NCBI GenBank assembly: GCA_963817895.1
Contig: CAWFQB010000014.1
Coordinates: 384,001 to 448,000, forward strand
DNA: 64,000 bases
Direction: 5' to 3'
Source of the DNA: an uncultured Chthonomonadaceae bacterium
GTDB taxonomy: Bacteria > Armatimonadota > Chthonomonadetes > Chthonomonadales > Chthonomonadaceae
Shown: one piece after another, positions 11,597 to 21,441 of the stretch
Numbering within the stretch: position 1 is the first letter of the stretch
How the letters are laid out: the number at the start of each line of letters is the position of its first letter
Notes under the pieces: model-generated
The model's input: the letters and a program-made list of their open reading frames with translations, nothing else
The model's database searches: none
Told to the model about the DNA's origin: nothing
Translations under genes and position numbers: made by a program

Positions 11597-11745
11597 CTTG
11601 TAATATGTTGTGTCACAACATTACAGGGAGAAGGGTTCCGTCCGTACCGTAGACGATCTCTGCAAACTTGACGCAACGCAAATGGCTTTTGCCCCCGGAA
11701 AACGAAGCGTCGTGGTAGAACAGATACCACTTTCCCTGAAACTCC
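11597..11745 (-). pseudogene. Orphan duplicate of the last ~43 codons of the GH43 gene at 17776-18736
   Basis: Translates EFQGKWYLFYHDASFSGGKSHLRCVKFAEIVYGTDGTLLPVML*; 11703-11745 is identical to 17866-17908. Confidence 0.9.
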
Positions 11746-11814
11746 TGTTTTTGGGCTTGGTCTTGCTTTGTCGTACCCGCTGAAACCAATGCGCGTTAAG
11801 GTTCATCGCAGAGA

Positions 11815-12771
11815 TCAAATGGGAGTGTTCGTGTCCGTTGCGGCGTCTTCATAGTGCTTCCAATCTACGCGCAGAATTTCATAGTGCAGGTCTGTCTTTT
11901 TTTTGGGTCTCGCCTGGGGCAATATCCCCTGCGTGAGCCATTCCTCCAGCCCGCTCCACGACTGATATTTGTGGTTACACTTCTCGGAGGCAATCTCTTC
12001 CAATGTGTCGGGACGTTCCCTGAGTCTTTGCTTGAATTCTGGATAAGCATTGCTGCTGTCGCCCAAATCTCGGTTCAAGTAAACAAGGAACGTGTCCTCT
12101 GCGCGGGCTTGAAGAGAAATACGCTTGACGCAATCCACCCATTTGCCCACTTCTTCCGTGACCCCTCCTTGCTCCCAGAAGTAGGAAAAATAAAAAACGA
12201 GTGTTCCTCCGTCTTTGACCGGGCAATCCACTTGCTCAATCCAGCGCGGATTTTTGATGTCGGGGTAGCATCCTCGAAAATGATCGCCAAAGAGATCCTT
12301 TTGGTTTTGCTTTGTGTGGAACTTCAAGGCGATGTCCGTCATAAAAGCCTGGAGGTCACACCCCACATAATCAAGCTCAAGCCGCTTTTTTGCAGGTAAA
12401 CTTTGCTGGAAATCCGCGAGAGCCAGACACGCGGTCATCGGACCACAGCCGACATCAATCATCCAAACATTCGCGGGCTTTTGATAGATGTAGGGCTTGA
12501 AAAATGTCTCATATTCGCGCTCAATCACCTTTTTGTTTCCGTCCACGTGCATCGGCATATAGGTATAACTGTATAACAACGCAAGCGCATGGGTTTGGCA
12601 AGGAGTTCGCGCGTACCCCAGTATTTTCATGCGGATATAATGATCAAACGACGAAAATTCGGTTCTGCTTTGCTGGTAGGCGACAAGATACTGATGGACT
12701 TCTTGATTGATTTCTTCGTCCTCACGCAACGGCTTCAACACAATATCGCGGAACGCTTCCTGATATCCCAT
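11815..12771 (-). CDS. Hypothetical protein with class I SAM-dependent methyltransferase-like motif
   Basis: WMIDVGCGP motif I and YVGCD; RBS aggag before ATG at 12771. Confidence 0.6.
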   Translation of the reverse strand: MGYQEAFRDIVLKPLREDEEINQEVHQYLVAYQQSRTEFSSFDHYIRMKILGYARTPCQTHALALLYSYTYMPMHVDGNKKVIEREYETFFKPYIYQKPANVWMIDVGCGPMTACLALADFQQSLPAKKRLELDYVGCDLQAFMTDIALKFHTKQNQKDLFGDHFRGCYPDIKNPRWIEQVDCPVKDGGTLVFYFSYFWEQGGVTEEVGKWVDCVKRISLQARAEDTFLVYLNRDLGDSSNAYPEFKQRLRERPDTLEEIASEKCNHKYQSWSGLEEWLTQGILPQARPKKKTDLHYEILRVDWKHYEDAATDTNTPI

Positions 12772-13002
12772 TTTATTCTCCTGCTGCCCATCCTCCGAGA
12801 TGTCGAGCAGCCCATACACCTTTGCCTGAATGTTGGGCAGCGGCAAGGATTCGTGTAAAAAACCCACACTTTGGCAAATCGCTGCCCTGATGTCCGAAAA
12901 AAACGTCGCAGGATGGAACTGCGCTCAAGTGAGAAGAAAATGACAGAGGCGACTTTAGCATGGAGGCCATTGCGCCCCTTGTACCCCAACTGAACCCCAA
13001 TA

Positions 13003-15952
13003 CTATTCTTCGACCAGGGCGTATTGGATGGCCTCCTCCAGCGTCATCGCGCTGCCTGCATCCCAGGCTGCCGTAAATGCTTTCTCCCCTAGCAAGTCCC
13101 GCGCAATTGTCATCTCAAGCTCCTCTTCCTCGTGGGTATTTTGCTGTGAGGACGCCCCGATGGCTTCCCGCAACGCAGACACCGCGGATATTAGTCGAAC
13201 CGCGCGCTCGGCGCGCGGTTCTTTGACGGCAAGGGAGGCGAACCCATTGAGGCATGAGAGGACGCTGCTCTTGTCCCCCATTTCTCTCATAATCACCAGA
13301 CATTCTCCATACAGCGTCCGAGCAGCAGCGTAATCTTCCTGTAGGAGAGCCGTTGTGCCCAGACCGTGGAGGTTGGCGGCAGCGCTCCACTGGTCGCCGA
13401 ACTCCCGATTTAATACCAATCCTTCTTCAAACAGCCTCTGAGCCGCAGCGTAATCCCCCAACTGGATAACCACATTGCCCAGATTGCCCAGGGTGGTTGC
13501 AATGCCGCGTTTATGTCCCAACTCGCGACAGATCGCCAGACACTCTTCCTGCAGTGTTCGGGCCGCCGCATAATCCCCTTGCTCGAGGACAACGATACCT
13601 AGGTTTCCAAGCGCGTTGGCGATGCCGCGTTTATGTCCCAATCCCCGGCTTACGGTCAAACATTCTTCATGCGGCATCCGGGCGTTAGGATAGTCTCCCT
13701 GACGGAGGGCTAAAACGCCCGCTCCATTCAGCGCCTTAGTCCGCGCTGCGCTATAAGCGTCTTTTGCTGTGGCTTCCAACGCCGCCCTCAGCCGCCTCCG
13801 TCCCTCACTGAAATGGCTATGTATATCCCAAAACCGCCAGAGCGCTCCCGCAATGCGCAAGCTCGTCTCTTTGTCCTCTCCCTCCATTGCCACGCGCAGG
13901 TTGTCATGATCCGCTTCCAGTTTGTTCAGCCACAGTCCCTGATCCGCCTCCAGTAGTTTTGGTTCTGCCGCTTCTGCAAAAGCCAGGAAGTAAGCGGCAT
14001 GGCTCTGCCGCGCCGCTTCCCAACGCTGCGTCGCCTGTAACTGCTCCACCGCAAATTCTCGCAAAGGCTCCAGCAGACGGTAGCGCGTTTCCCCCTCTCG
14101 CTCCTCCATCAGCACCAACGAACGCTCCTGGAGTTCCAAAAGCGCTTCCAGCGCCTCCGGGTCACAAATCGCCTCCGCAGCCTCCAGGGGCCATCCTCCC
14201 CGAAACACGCCTAGACACGCAAAGAAATCACGCAGTTCAGGTCTGAGAAGGTCGAAACTCCACTCAATCGTTGCCCGTAAGCTTCGATGCCGCGCCGGCA
14301 GATCCCGCTGACGGCTTACCAACAGGTTCAACCGCTTATCCAGCCGTTCCATCAGGCTCTGCGGCGACAGCGTTCTGATCCATGCCGCCGCCATCTCAAT
14401 CGCAAGCGGAACCCCCTCCAGCATCCGGCATATCGTAGCGACAGGCGCGCAATTGCCATCCGAGAGATTGAAGTCAGGCTTCACCGCTCTGGCGCGCTCC
14501 GTGAAGAGGGCAACGCTTGCATTGTCCAGTAGAACCTCTGCCGAGAGTATATCCGCGGCGGGCACGGGCAGGGGCGAGAGCGCAAACTCCTGCTCGCCGG
14601 CAAGGCGCAATGCCTGCCGGGAAGTTGTTAGAATGACAAGTCCCGGTACCCTCGCGAGAAGCAGACGCACCAGAGCCGGTCCACTCCCCGCAAATACCTG
14701 GTCGCTTTTGTCCGGCCCCGGCGCTTCCCGCAGCAGATGCTCGAAGTTGTCCAGAACCAGCAGGCAGGGGCGTGTACCCAGCGCCTCCACCACCCGCTCA
14801 AAGGGATCGGAGACGGTATTGGAAGGCGGCAGCCTCAACGCGTTCAGCAGCATATAGGAGATAAAGCTGGGATGGGGCGCCTCCGCCAGCGAGACAAACC
14901 AGACCCGACCGGCGAACGCGGGCAGCACCTGCTCTGCTACGGCCACGGAGAGGCGCGTTTTGCCTACCCCGCCTGTGCCAAGCAGGGTCACCAGACGGAT
15001 TTCCGGGGACAGGAGCCGTTGGCACAGGTCTTCCCGCTCCCCTTCTCTGCCGACGAGGCGCGTTAGTTGCAGCGGCAGAGGGGGAGCGAGCAGGTCGGGC
15101 GTGGGGGAGGAAACGGCTTCCGCAGGGACCGCAGCAACGGGAGTTCTGGGGGGCGGAGCGGCAGGGCGGGGCTTCGCTCCTGAGATAGGCGGCCTCGCGC
15201 GAGGATCGTTTCGGATATGCTCGGCAAGGGCACGGGTCTCCGGCGAGGGCTGAGCGCCCATCTCCTTCTGGTAGAGCCGTTCCAGGTGACGATACACTTC
15301 CAGCGCGGCAGCAGGGCGATCCAGAAGCCGGTGCAGGCGCATCTGCGCGCGATAGGCCGCCTCTTCATAGGGATCGGCCTCCGTCATGCGTTGCGCCGCC
15401 GCCAGCGCCGCCGCGAGATCGCCACTCTCCTCTAAAGCCTCGGTCAGCAGTGCCAAAGCCTCCCGATAGGCTGTACGGCAGCGGTTCTGCTCTCCTATCG
15501 CCCAATCCTCATAGTTGCCAGACAGCAGATCGCCTTTATAAAACTCTACGATCCGCTGTAGCAGCGGCAGACGCGAAGCCGCTTCCTTAGTACGCTTCAC
15601 CTGTTTGATGAGGCGATCGAAATCAGCCAGATCCGTGGAGACGGCATTGGGATTGAGACGCTACCTGCTGGTGGTCGGAAATCAGCACGCTTTTGGCGGG
15701 CACTCCCGTCGGCTCCAGTTGACGCCGGAGTTGGGAGAGAGTGGTGCTGAGGTTATCACGCCCAACGGCGCTCTCCTTGTCGGACCAGAAGAGTTCGATG
15801 AGATGTTCTCGCGAACGCGCGTTGGGCAGGGAGAGCGCCAGGTAACTCAAGAGTGCGGCAGCCTTATGGCTGCGAAAGCGGGTGTGTACGATATTGTTTT
15901 GAGTGACGCGGAGCGCACCGAACAACTCAACATGACAGCGCGCATCCATCAA
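13003..15952 (-). CDS. SARP/AfsR-type regulator: wHTH-BTAD + NB-ARC ATPase + TPR (frameshift near 15655)
   Basis: SREHLIELFW; DPYEEAAY; GTGGVGKT; LLVLDNFEH; GVPLAIEMAA; 40 aa TPR repeats. Confidence 0.9.
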
Positions 15953-16050
15953 GGGACTTCTCCTGGCGACAAAGCGATTTAGAACTTTATTTTCGATAAA
16001 CTGACAGAAAATTCCTGCCAGAGCCAGTTAGTCGGCAAAAGAGGCCATTT

Positions 16051-16084
16051 TGTTCGGAAAGTGTTCGGAATTGGTTAGTATACT
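16051..16084 (+). promoter_or_regulatory. Direct repeats TGTTCGGAA at 11 bp period plus TATACT -10; candidate SARP-activated promoter
   Basis: Copies at 16051 and 16062, -10 at 16079-16084, between the divergent regulator and PEP-CTERM genes. Confidence 0.6.
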
Positions 16085-16315
16085 ACGCTCGTCACAGAAG
16101 CCCGCAAGGGTTTCTAACCTGGAGGGAAGACCCAATATTTGTTCAGTTTACCCTGAGAAATGTTGCGCTTTTGTGCAACAGCCCCTGCCGCGTTCTCTTC
16201 TGCCGCTATAGTGACCACAACGGTTTGCGCGTATTGGGCTGTTCCGCCGCATTCGCGTTTCGCATTCGGTTTGCTTTCGGTTCATCGCCTCATGTTTTGA
16301 AAGGATCTTTGCCCT

Positions 16316-17245
16316 ATGTCGCGTTTTTCTCTGCGCGCCGCCCTGACCGGCAGCTTCGCCTGTGCCGCCGCCCTTGCGCTTTCCCTTCTCTCCCCCGCCG
16401 CCCACGCGCAAACGCTTTACGTGACGGATTTCACGAGTTCCAGCAGCGGCGCCGTGTACGCCTTCGCCCTGGACGGAACGCGGTCTACGGTTGCAACAAA
16501 CCTCGCGCCGACTGGCATTGCCGTTGACCGCAGCGGCAACGTGTTTGTCAACGACCGCAACACCAACAGCATTGTCGAGATCACGCCCGGAGGAACGCAG
16601 TCCACCTTTACATTGCCTGGATCGTCCTACGTCCTCGACGGCCTCCACTTTGACAGCAGCGGCAATCTGTTCGCTGCCAACGTGGGCAACGGCACCGTGG
16701 ACGTCTTCGCCCCGGACGGAACGGCGTCCACGTTTGTATCGGGGCTGAACAACCCTGTTGACGTGGCTTTTGACCGCAGCGGCAACGTGTATGTGACTGA
16801 TAGCTTTCCTGGCAATGTCTATGAGTATTCGCCCGCCGGAACGCTGCTGTTCACGTTTGTAACCGGGGCCTTTTTTACTGCTGGCCTTGCCATTGACGGA
16901 AACGACAATCTGTTCGTGGCCGATATATTCAACAACAACATTCTCAAGTTCACGCCCGACGGAACGCTGACCACGTTTGCAACCGGATTGGGCTTTCCCT
17001 TCGGCCTTGCCTTTGCCCCGAATGGCGATTTGTTCGAGGCCGACTCTGTTACTGGCAACATCTTCCAGTTCACGCCGGGGGGAACGCAGTCTACGTTTGC
17101 ATCGGGACTGAGCAACCCAAGTTACCTCGCCTTCAGCCCTGCTGCCGTTCCCGAACCGGGCAGCCTCGGCCTGCTCGCCGGTGTCGGCGCAACCGGCGCG
17201 GGCCTGCTCCTGCGGCGGCGCAAACGTGCCGGACGCGCGGCCTGA
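16316..17245 (+). CDS. PEP-CTERM surface protein with NHL-like beta-propeller repeats
   Basis: Signal peptide ending AHA; repeats VAFDRSGNVYV; C-terminal VPEPGS-TM-RRRKR. Confidence 0.92.
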   Translation: MSRFSLRAALTGSFACAAALALSLLSPAAHAQTLYVTDFTSSSSGAVYAFALDGTRSTVATNLAPTGIAVDRSGNVFVNDRNTNSIVEITPGGTQSTFTLPGSSYVLDGLHFDSSGNLFAANVGNGTVDVFAPDGTASTFVSGLNNPVDVAFDRSGNVYVTDSFPGNVYEYSPAGTLLFTFVTGAFFTAGLAIDGNDNLFVADIFNNNILKFTPDGTLTTFATGLGFPFGLAFAPNGDLFEADSVTGNIFQFTPGGTQSTFASGLSNPSYLAFSPAAVPEPGSLGLLAGVGATGAGLLLRRRKRAGRAA

Positions 17246-17285
17246 CCTGCTCGCGCCCCCTGAACAGTCGGAGCACAATCGAAAG

Positions 17286-17335
17286 CCACACAAAGCCGCG
17301 CCGCAGGGACAAACCTGCGGCGCGGTAGCGTGTGG
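17286..17335 (+). terminator. GC-rich stem-loop after the PEP-CTERM gene
   Basis: 12 bp stem ccgcgccgcagg/cctgcggcgcgg with outer ccacac/gtgtgg pairing; no clear U-tract. Confidence 0.55.
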
Positions 17336-17775
17336 ATTGGCGCAGGTTCCACAGCAAAGCGGGCAATTCCTGCGCATACGTAGTCCTTATCGGCAAAGTG
17401 CAAGTATGAATGGTGCTGCGCTCGAATATCTGCCGACGCGTGTACAGTTGGATCGTGCCTTGATGTAGGGTCATAGGAGCCAGGAAGCGGCCACACTGCT
17501 TTCGCGTATTTTCGCCTCTCAACGCGATAACAAAATGCGGTCGTAGAAGCTTTTTGATATTTGTTTGCCCGTCTCACAAACCCTCGTTTGTGAGTCAGAT
17601 GAGCAGCACACCGATAAATCTCCCGTTTGGGCGTTTGCCCTGTTTCTTTACTCATCTCAAAATCATTGTCTCATTGCAGAGGCAGGCAAGCGTTTGTGAC
17701 AGTCTAGAGGGAGAGCAGACAGATCAATTGCTTGATGACGCCAGGTAGGTAACCCCCGGCTTGTAAACTGTTGTG

Positions 17776-18736
17776 TCACAGCGTTACAGGGAACAGCGTT
17801 CCGTCCTCTCTATGGACGATCTCTGCAACATTGACGCAGCGCAAATGGCTTTTGCCTCCGGAAAGCGAAGCGTCGTGGTAGAACAGATACCACTTTCCCT
17901 GAAACTCCACAATGGAATGGTGGGTTGTCCAGCCGATTACCGGTTCCAGAATCCGCCCCCGGTAGGTGAACGGGCCGAACGGGTTATCGCCGGTCGCATA
18001 AACCAGATAGTGCGTGTCTCCCGTGGAATAAGAAAAGTAGTAGATGCCCTCTCGTTTGTGAACCCAGGCGGCCTCGAAGAAGCGGCGTTCGTGATCGTCC
18101 GCGCGCAGAGGCTGTCCTGCTGCATCCAGAATCGAAAGCGTCTTTACCTCGCCTGCAAAGGAGCGCATATCCGCAATTGAGTCGGGCAACGCGGGGCATC
18201 AGCGCCGGAACATCGCCGGACGGTTCCTGCCCTGCCGCATCGAAATCGCCTGAAGTCCAGCATTGCAGTTGTCCGCCCCATATTCCGCCGAAGTACAAAT
18301 ACGCCTGCCCGTCCTCGTCAACGAAGCAGCAGGGGTCAATACTGTAGCTTCCGGCAATCGGCTCCGGTTCTGCCGTGAACGGACCCTCCGGGGCCGAACT
18401 AACCGCGACTCCGATACGAAACAGGCCGTTCTTATCGCGAGCCGGAAAATACAGATAGTAGGTTTCCCCTTTCTTTGCCGCATCGGGCGCCCAGAGCTGC
18501 CGGGAAGCCCAGGGAATATCTTCCAGCGCCAGCGCGACGCCATGATCCGTCACCGGCCCGCCGATAGCGTCAAGGGAAAAGACGTGGTAATCGGCCATGT
18601 CGTACTGATCGCCGTTGTCATTTGCAGGTATGAGTGTCTCCCTGTCATGGGAGGGATAAATATACAGCCGTCCGTTGAAAACGTGGGCCGATGGGTCGGC
18701 GGTGAAAAGATGCGTTATCAGGGGTTGGTCAGGCAT
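17776..18736 (-). CDS. GH43 beta-xylosidase/arabinofuranosidase (frameshift near 18175)
   Basis: TADPSAHVF..YPSHD, LWAPDAA, SIDP, RRFFEAAW, GWTTHHSIVEF. Confidence 0.92.
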
Positions 18737-18807
18737 AGTTTGTACATAGTTTCCCTTGTTCTGTTCAGTAACCTGGATTGAAAATCCCTGGCAATGCTTG
18801 CGCGAGT

Positions 18808-21312
18808 TTACGGTGACGCGGCCTGTTCGACGGCGAAAAACGCGGGCTTGGGCTTCCCCTCCCGGTCGAACAGAAGGGGATACTCTATGCGGCCTCGAAC
18901 GGGAAAGTTGTTGAGCCAGGAGTCGCCATCCTGCGTACCCCACAGCGTGACACGGCTTATAACGTCTTTGTGGCGCAGGAACATCGTGAACGCCTGCCGG
19001 TAACGCTCGGCAAGCTGCTGCGCCACTGTATCCGGCAACCCTTTTGTGTAAGGATTCATTACAGCTTGCTGTTCCGGCGTCATGGTTTCGCGTATGGCGA
19101 TGTTCGCGCCCTGATATTGCGTCGGCAGAACGCCAATATCCAGTTCGGTAATCATCACCTTCAGCCCCATCGCCCCAAATTGCTGAACGGCTTTTTCCAC
19201 TTCGGCCAGATCGGGAGTATTCAGCCGCCAGTGACTCTGGATGCCGACCGCGTTGATTGGAACTTTCTGATCTAACAGCGATTGCAGCAGTTGCAGCGCT
19301 TTGGGCCGTTTATAACCGAGTTCAATATTGTAATCGTTGTAAATAAGAATCGCGTCAGGGTCGGCTTCATGGGCAGCGCGGAAGGCTTCGGCAATGTAAT
19401 CCGGGCCGATGGCTTTGAGCCAGGGCGTTGGGCGCAGCGACTCTCCCGGTGTGTCGCTGATGGCTTCGTTCACCACATCCCACTGCTTCACGCGGCCTTT
19501 ATAGTGGCCCACGACCGTTGAGATATGCTTGCGCAATCGCGTCAATGCCAGATCGCGAGTGACCGGCTGACCATCCGCCCCCTGAAAAAACCAGGCGGGC
19601 GTCTGCTCGTGCCAGACTAGCACATGTCCGACGGGAGACGCGCCACACTTTTCAGCGATCTCTACGAGTCTGTCTCCATCCGCAAACGTAAACTGGCCCT
19701 CGACGCGCTGAAGAGCATCCGGCTTCATGCTGTTTGCAGGCGTCAGAGCGCTGAAGTGCGTCGAGGCGATGTCTACATCCATAGGCGACTTGCCTTGCAG
19801 CGCGGGATAATTCAGCGCGGTTCCTATCAGAAACTTGCCTTTGTAAGCGTTCTTGAGGGTCGGCGCGATTCCCGACGGGTTGTTCTGCGTGGCGTTTGCA
19901 GGGGTTGACGCAACCTTGCCCTGCGGGGAGGCTTGTTCAGGCAATGGAGGCGCTTTAATGTACTGCTGCACCCAATCAAAAAATGCGGGCCAGTTCGGCG
20001 TCACATCATGCCCGCCTTCGTGCTGCCGCCAGGCGAGTTCACCGCCAATCAGGGTCTTCACCGGAGGCATAGGGGCTGTCAGGTACTCGCCCGGTGTGCC
20101 GAGGTCTTTTTTGCCAAGCAGCCTGTAGACCGGGCCGGCAAGCACAGCGGCCATGAAACTGCCATGCGCGTCTACCCATTTGGCATCGCCGCGCTCTACG
20201 ACTCCGTAGCTGATGAAACAGGGGCGCGGAGCGCACAGGGCAATCAGTTCATGCGAGTCTACCGGCAGGTCCGCGGCGGTCATGGGTGGGTCCGAAGCCC
20301 CGTACTTGATGAAGTTTCCCGCCATCCAGTAGTATTCTCCCCCGGCAAGGTTTTCGACCGCTTCCCCGAAGATATGGCGATGCAGTTTCGCGCCCCCTTC
20401 TCCCGAAGAGCCTATCAATCCAACGGCAACCCGTGGATCGAACGCCTCCGTCACGAGAGCCGCTTTGCCATAGCGTGAAAGCCCCTCGATGCCTACTCTT
20501 TTCGCATCCACCATCGAATCGCGGTTCGTCTCAAAATAATCTATGAGGCGGCTGACGCCCCATTGCCAGGCGCGCAGCGCGCCCCAATCGTCCGGCTTCC
20601 GGGGTTGGCCTTTGTTGGTCAGGCCGATGATGCCGCTTCGCAACTGGTTGTTGTCGGGCTGAATACTTGTCGGGATAATTTCGCCATACCCCCACCCCTT
20701 TGAAATCGCGAGAGATTTCCAGGCGGGTACAAAGCCGGGTCGCCCAAAGCCGAAGCCGAACTCGATCATCATGGGAACGGACTTTTTCACGTTTGCCGGA
20801 ACGGTGAAGTTCGCCTGAATGTTGACGGAAATTTGCGGATACGCGCTGTTATCCACATGGCCTACCAGTTTTTTGGTAACGGTTGGGATACCGCAGGTTT
20901 CGCCGGGAGTGGTAGCTGTTACCTCCCAGGTCACTTTCGGCGCGTTTTTGGGGATGCGCCCATACACTTCGCGCTCAAAATCTTCCGCTATCTCCACCCG
21001 ACGCTTAGGCCACTCTCTTGCCTGAGTCACCTTTTTGCCGTTCTTCATTTGAAGCGCGTCCGGCATGGTGTCCTTATAGGGGTTGGCCTTCGCTTCATCG
21101 AAGGTAGACTGGTTGTTGGGATCGGGGCCGCGCCGGATAGCTTTGATCCCCAACTGATCCATCATATTCTGATGGTCGTCGTAACCCGTTTGCGCGGCAA
21201 CATTCTGACTTGAACCGATTATCAGCAATACAGCGATAACGAGCGCCTTTACTGTATCTGGAGGCGTGGCATGTACGCGACGGAAGCAAGGCATTTGATC
21301 AACTCTGAACAT
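18808..21312 (-). CDS. CE15 glucuronoyl esterase fused to GH10 endo-xylanase
   Basis: CE15: WQWGVSRLIDY, GLSRYGK, SSGEGG, QHEGGH. GH10: NSMKP, GHVLVWH, WDVVNE, ITELD. Confidence 0.9.
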   Translation of the reverse strand: MFRVDQMPCFRRVHATPPDTVKALVIAVLLIIGSSQNVAAQTGYDDHQNMMDQLGIKAIRRGPDPNNQSTFDEAKANPYKDTMPDALQMKNGKKVTQAREWPKRRVEIAEDFEREVYGRIPKNAPKVTWEVTATTPGETCGIPTVTKKLVGHVDNSAYPQISVNIQANFTVPANVKKSVPMMIEFGFGFGRPGFVPAWKSLAISKGWGYGEIIPTSIQPDNNQLRSGIIGLTNKGQPRKPDDWGALRAWQWGVSRLIDYFETNRDSMVDAKRVGIEGLSRYGKAALVTEAFDPRVAVGLIGSSGEGGAKLHRHIFGEAVENLAGGEYYWMAGNFIKYGASDPPMTAADLPVDSHELIALCAPRPCFISYGVVERGDAKWVDAHGSFMAAVLAGPVYRLLGKKDLGTPGEYLTAPMPPVKTLIGGELAWRQHEGGHDVTPNWPAFFDWVQQYIKAPPLPEQASPQGKVASTPANATQNNPSGIAPTLKNAYKGKFLIGTALNYPALQGKSPMDVDIASTHFSALTPANSMKPDALQRVEGQFTFADGDRLVEIAEKCGASPVGHVLVWHEQTPAWFFQGADGQPVTRDLALTRLRKHISTVVGHYKGRVKQWDVVNEAISDTPGESLRPTPWLKAIGPDYIAEAFRAAHEADPDAILIYNDYNIELGYKRPKALQLLQSLLDQKVPINAVGIQSHWRLNTPDLAEVEKAVQQFGAMGLKVMITELDIGVLPTQYQGANIAIRETMTPEQQAVMNPYTKGLPDTVAQQLAERYRQAFTMFLRHKDVISRVTLWGTQDGDSWLNNFPVRGRIEYPLLFDREGKPKPAFFAVEQAASP

Positions 21313-21441
21313 TTTCCCCTCCTCAATAGCATCCTTGTCCGCAGCGATTCGCGTGTCCGCCCAATCAGGAACCAGTCTCTGCCGCTTCACTGAGACATGT
21401 ACACATTGCTTTCGCGAACATCACACAGGTGGCAAGCGTCG

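Noticed and set aside
11606..11620. Palindrome TGTTGTG-T-CACAACA as an operator or att core
   Set aside because: It lies in the diverged part of the GH43 duplicate, is imperfect in the other copy, and has no independent support
13380..13760. 120 bp-period nucleotide repeats
   Set aside because: Explained by 40 aa TPR units of the regulator
16113..16127. TCTAACCTGGA(A)GGGA shared with the minus strand at 41251-41266
   Set aside because: Short, RBS-like and only two copies; chance cannot be excluded
16148..17377. 409 aa minus-strand ORF and similar long antisense ORFs (e.g. 26843-27910, 34886-35902, 56455-57555)
   Set aside because: Shadow frames of well-supported opposite-strand genes in GC-rich DNA, with no motifs
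17340..17760. Integrase or transposase remnant at the island edge
   Set aside because: No recognisable recombinase or DDE motifs in any frame
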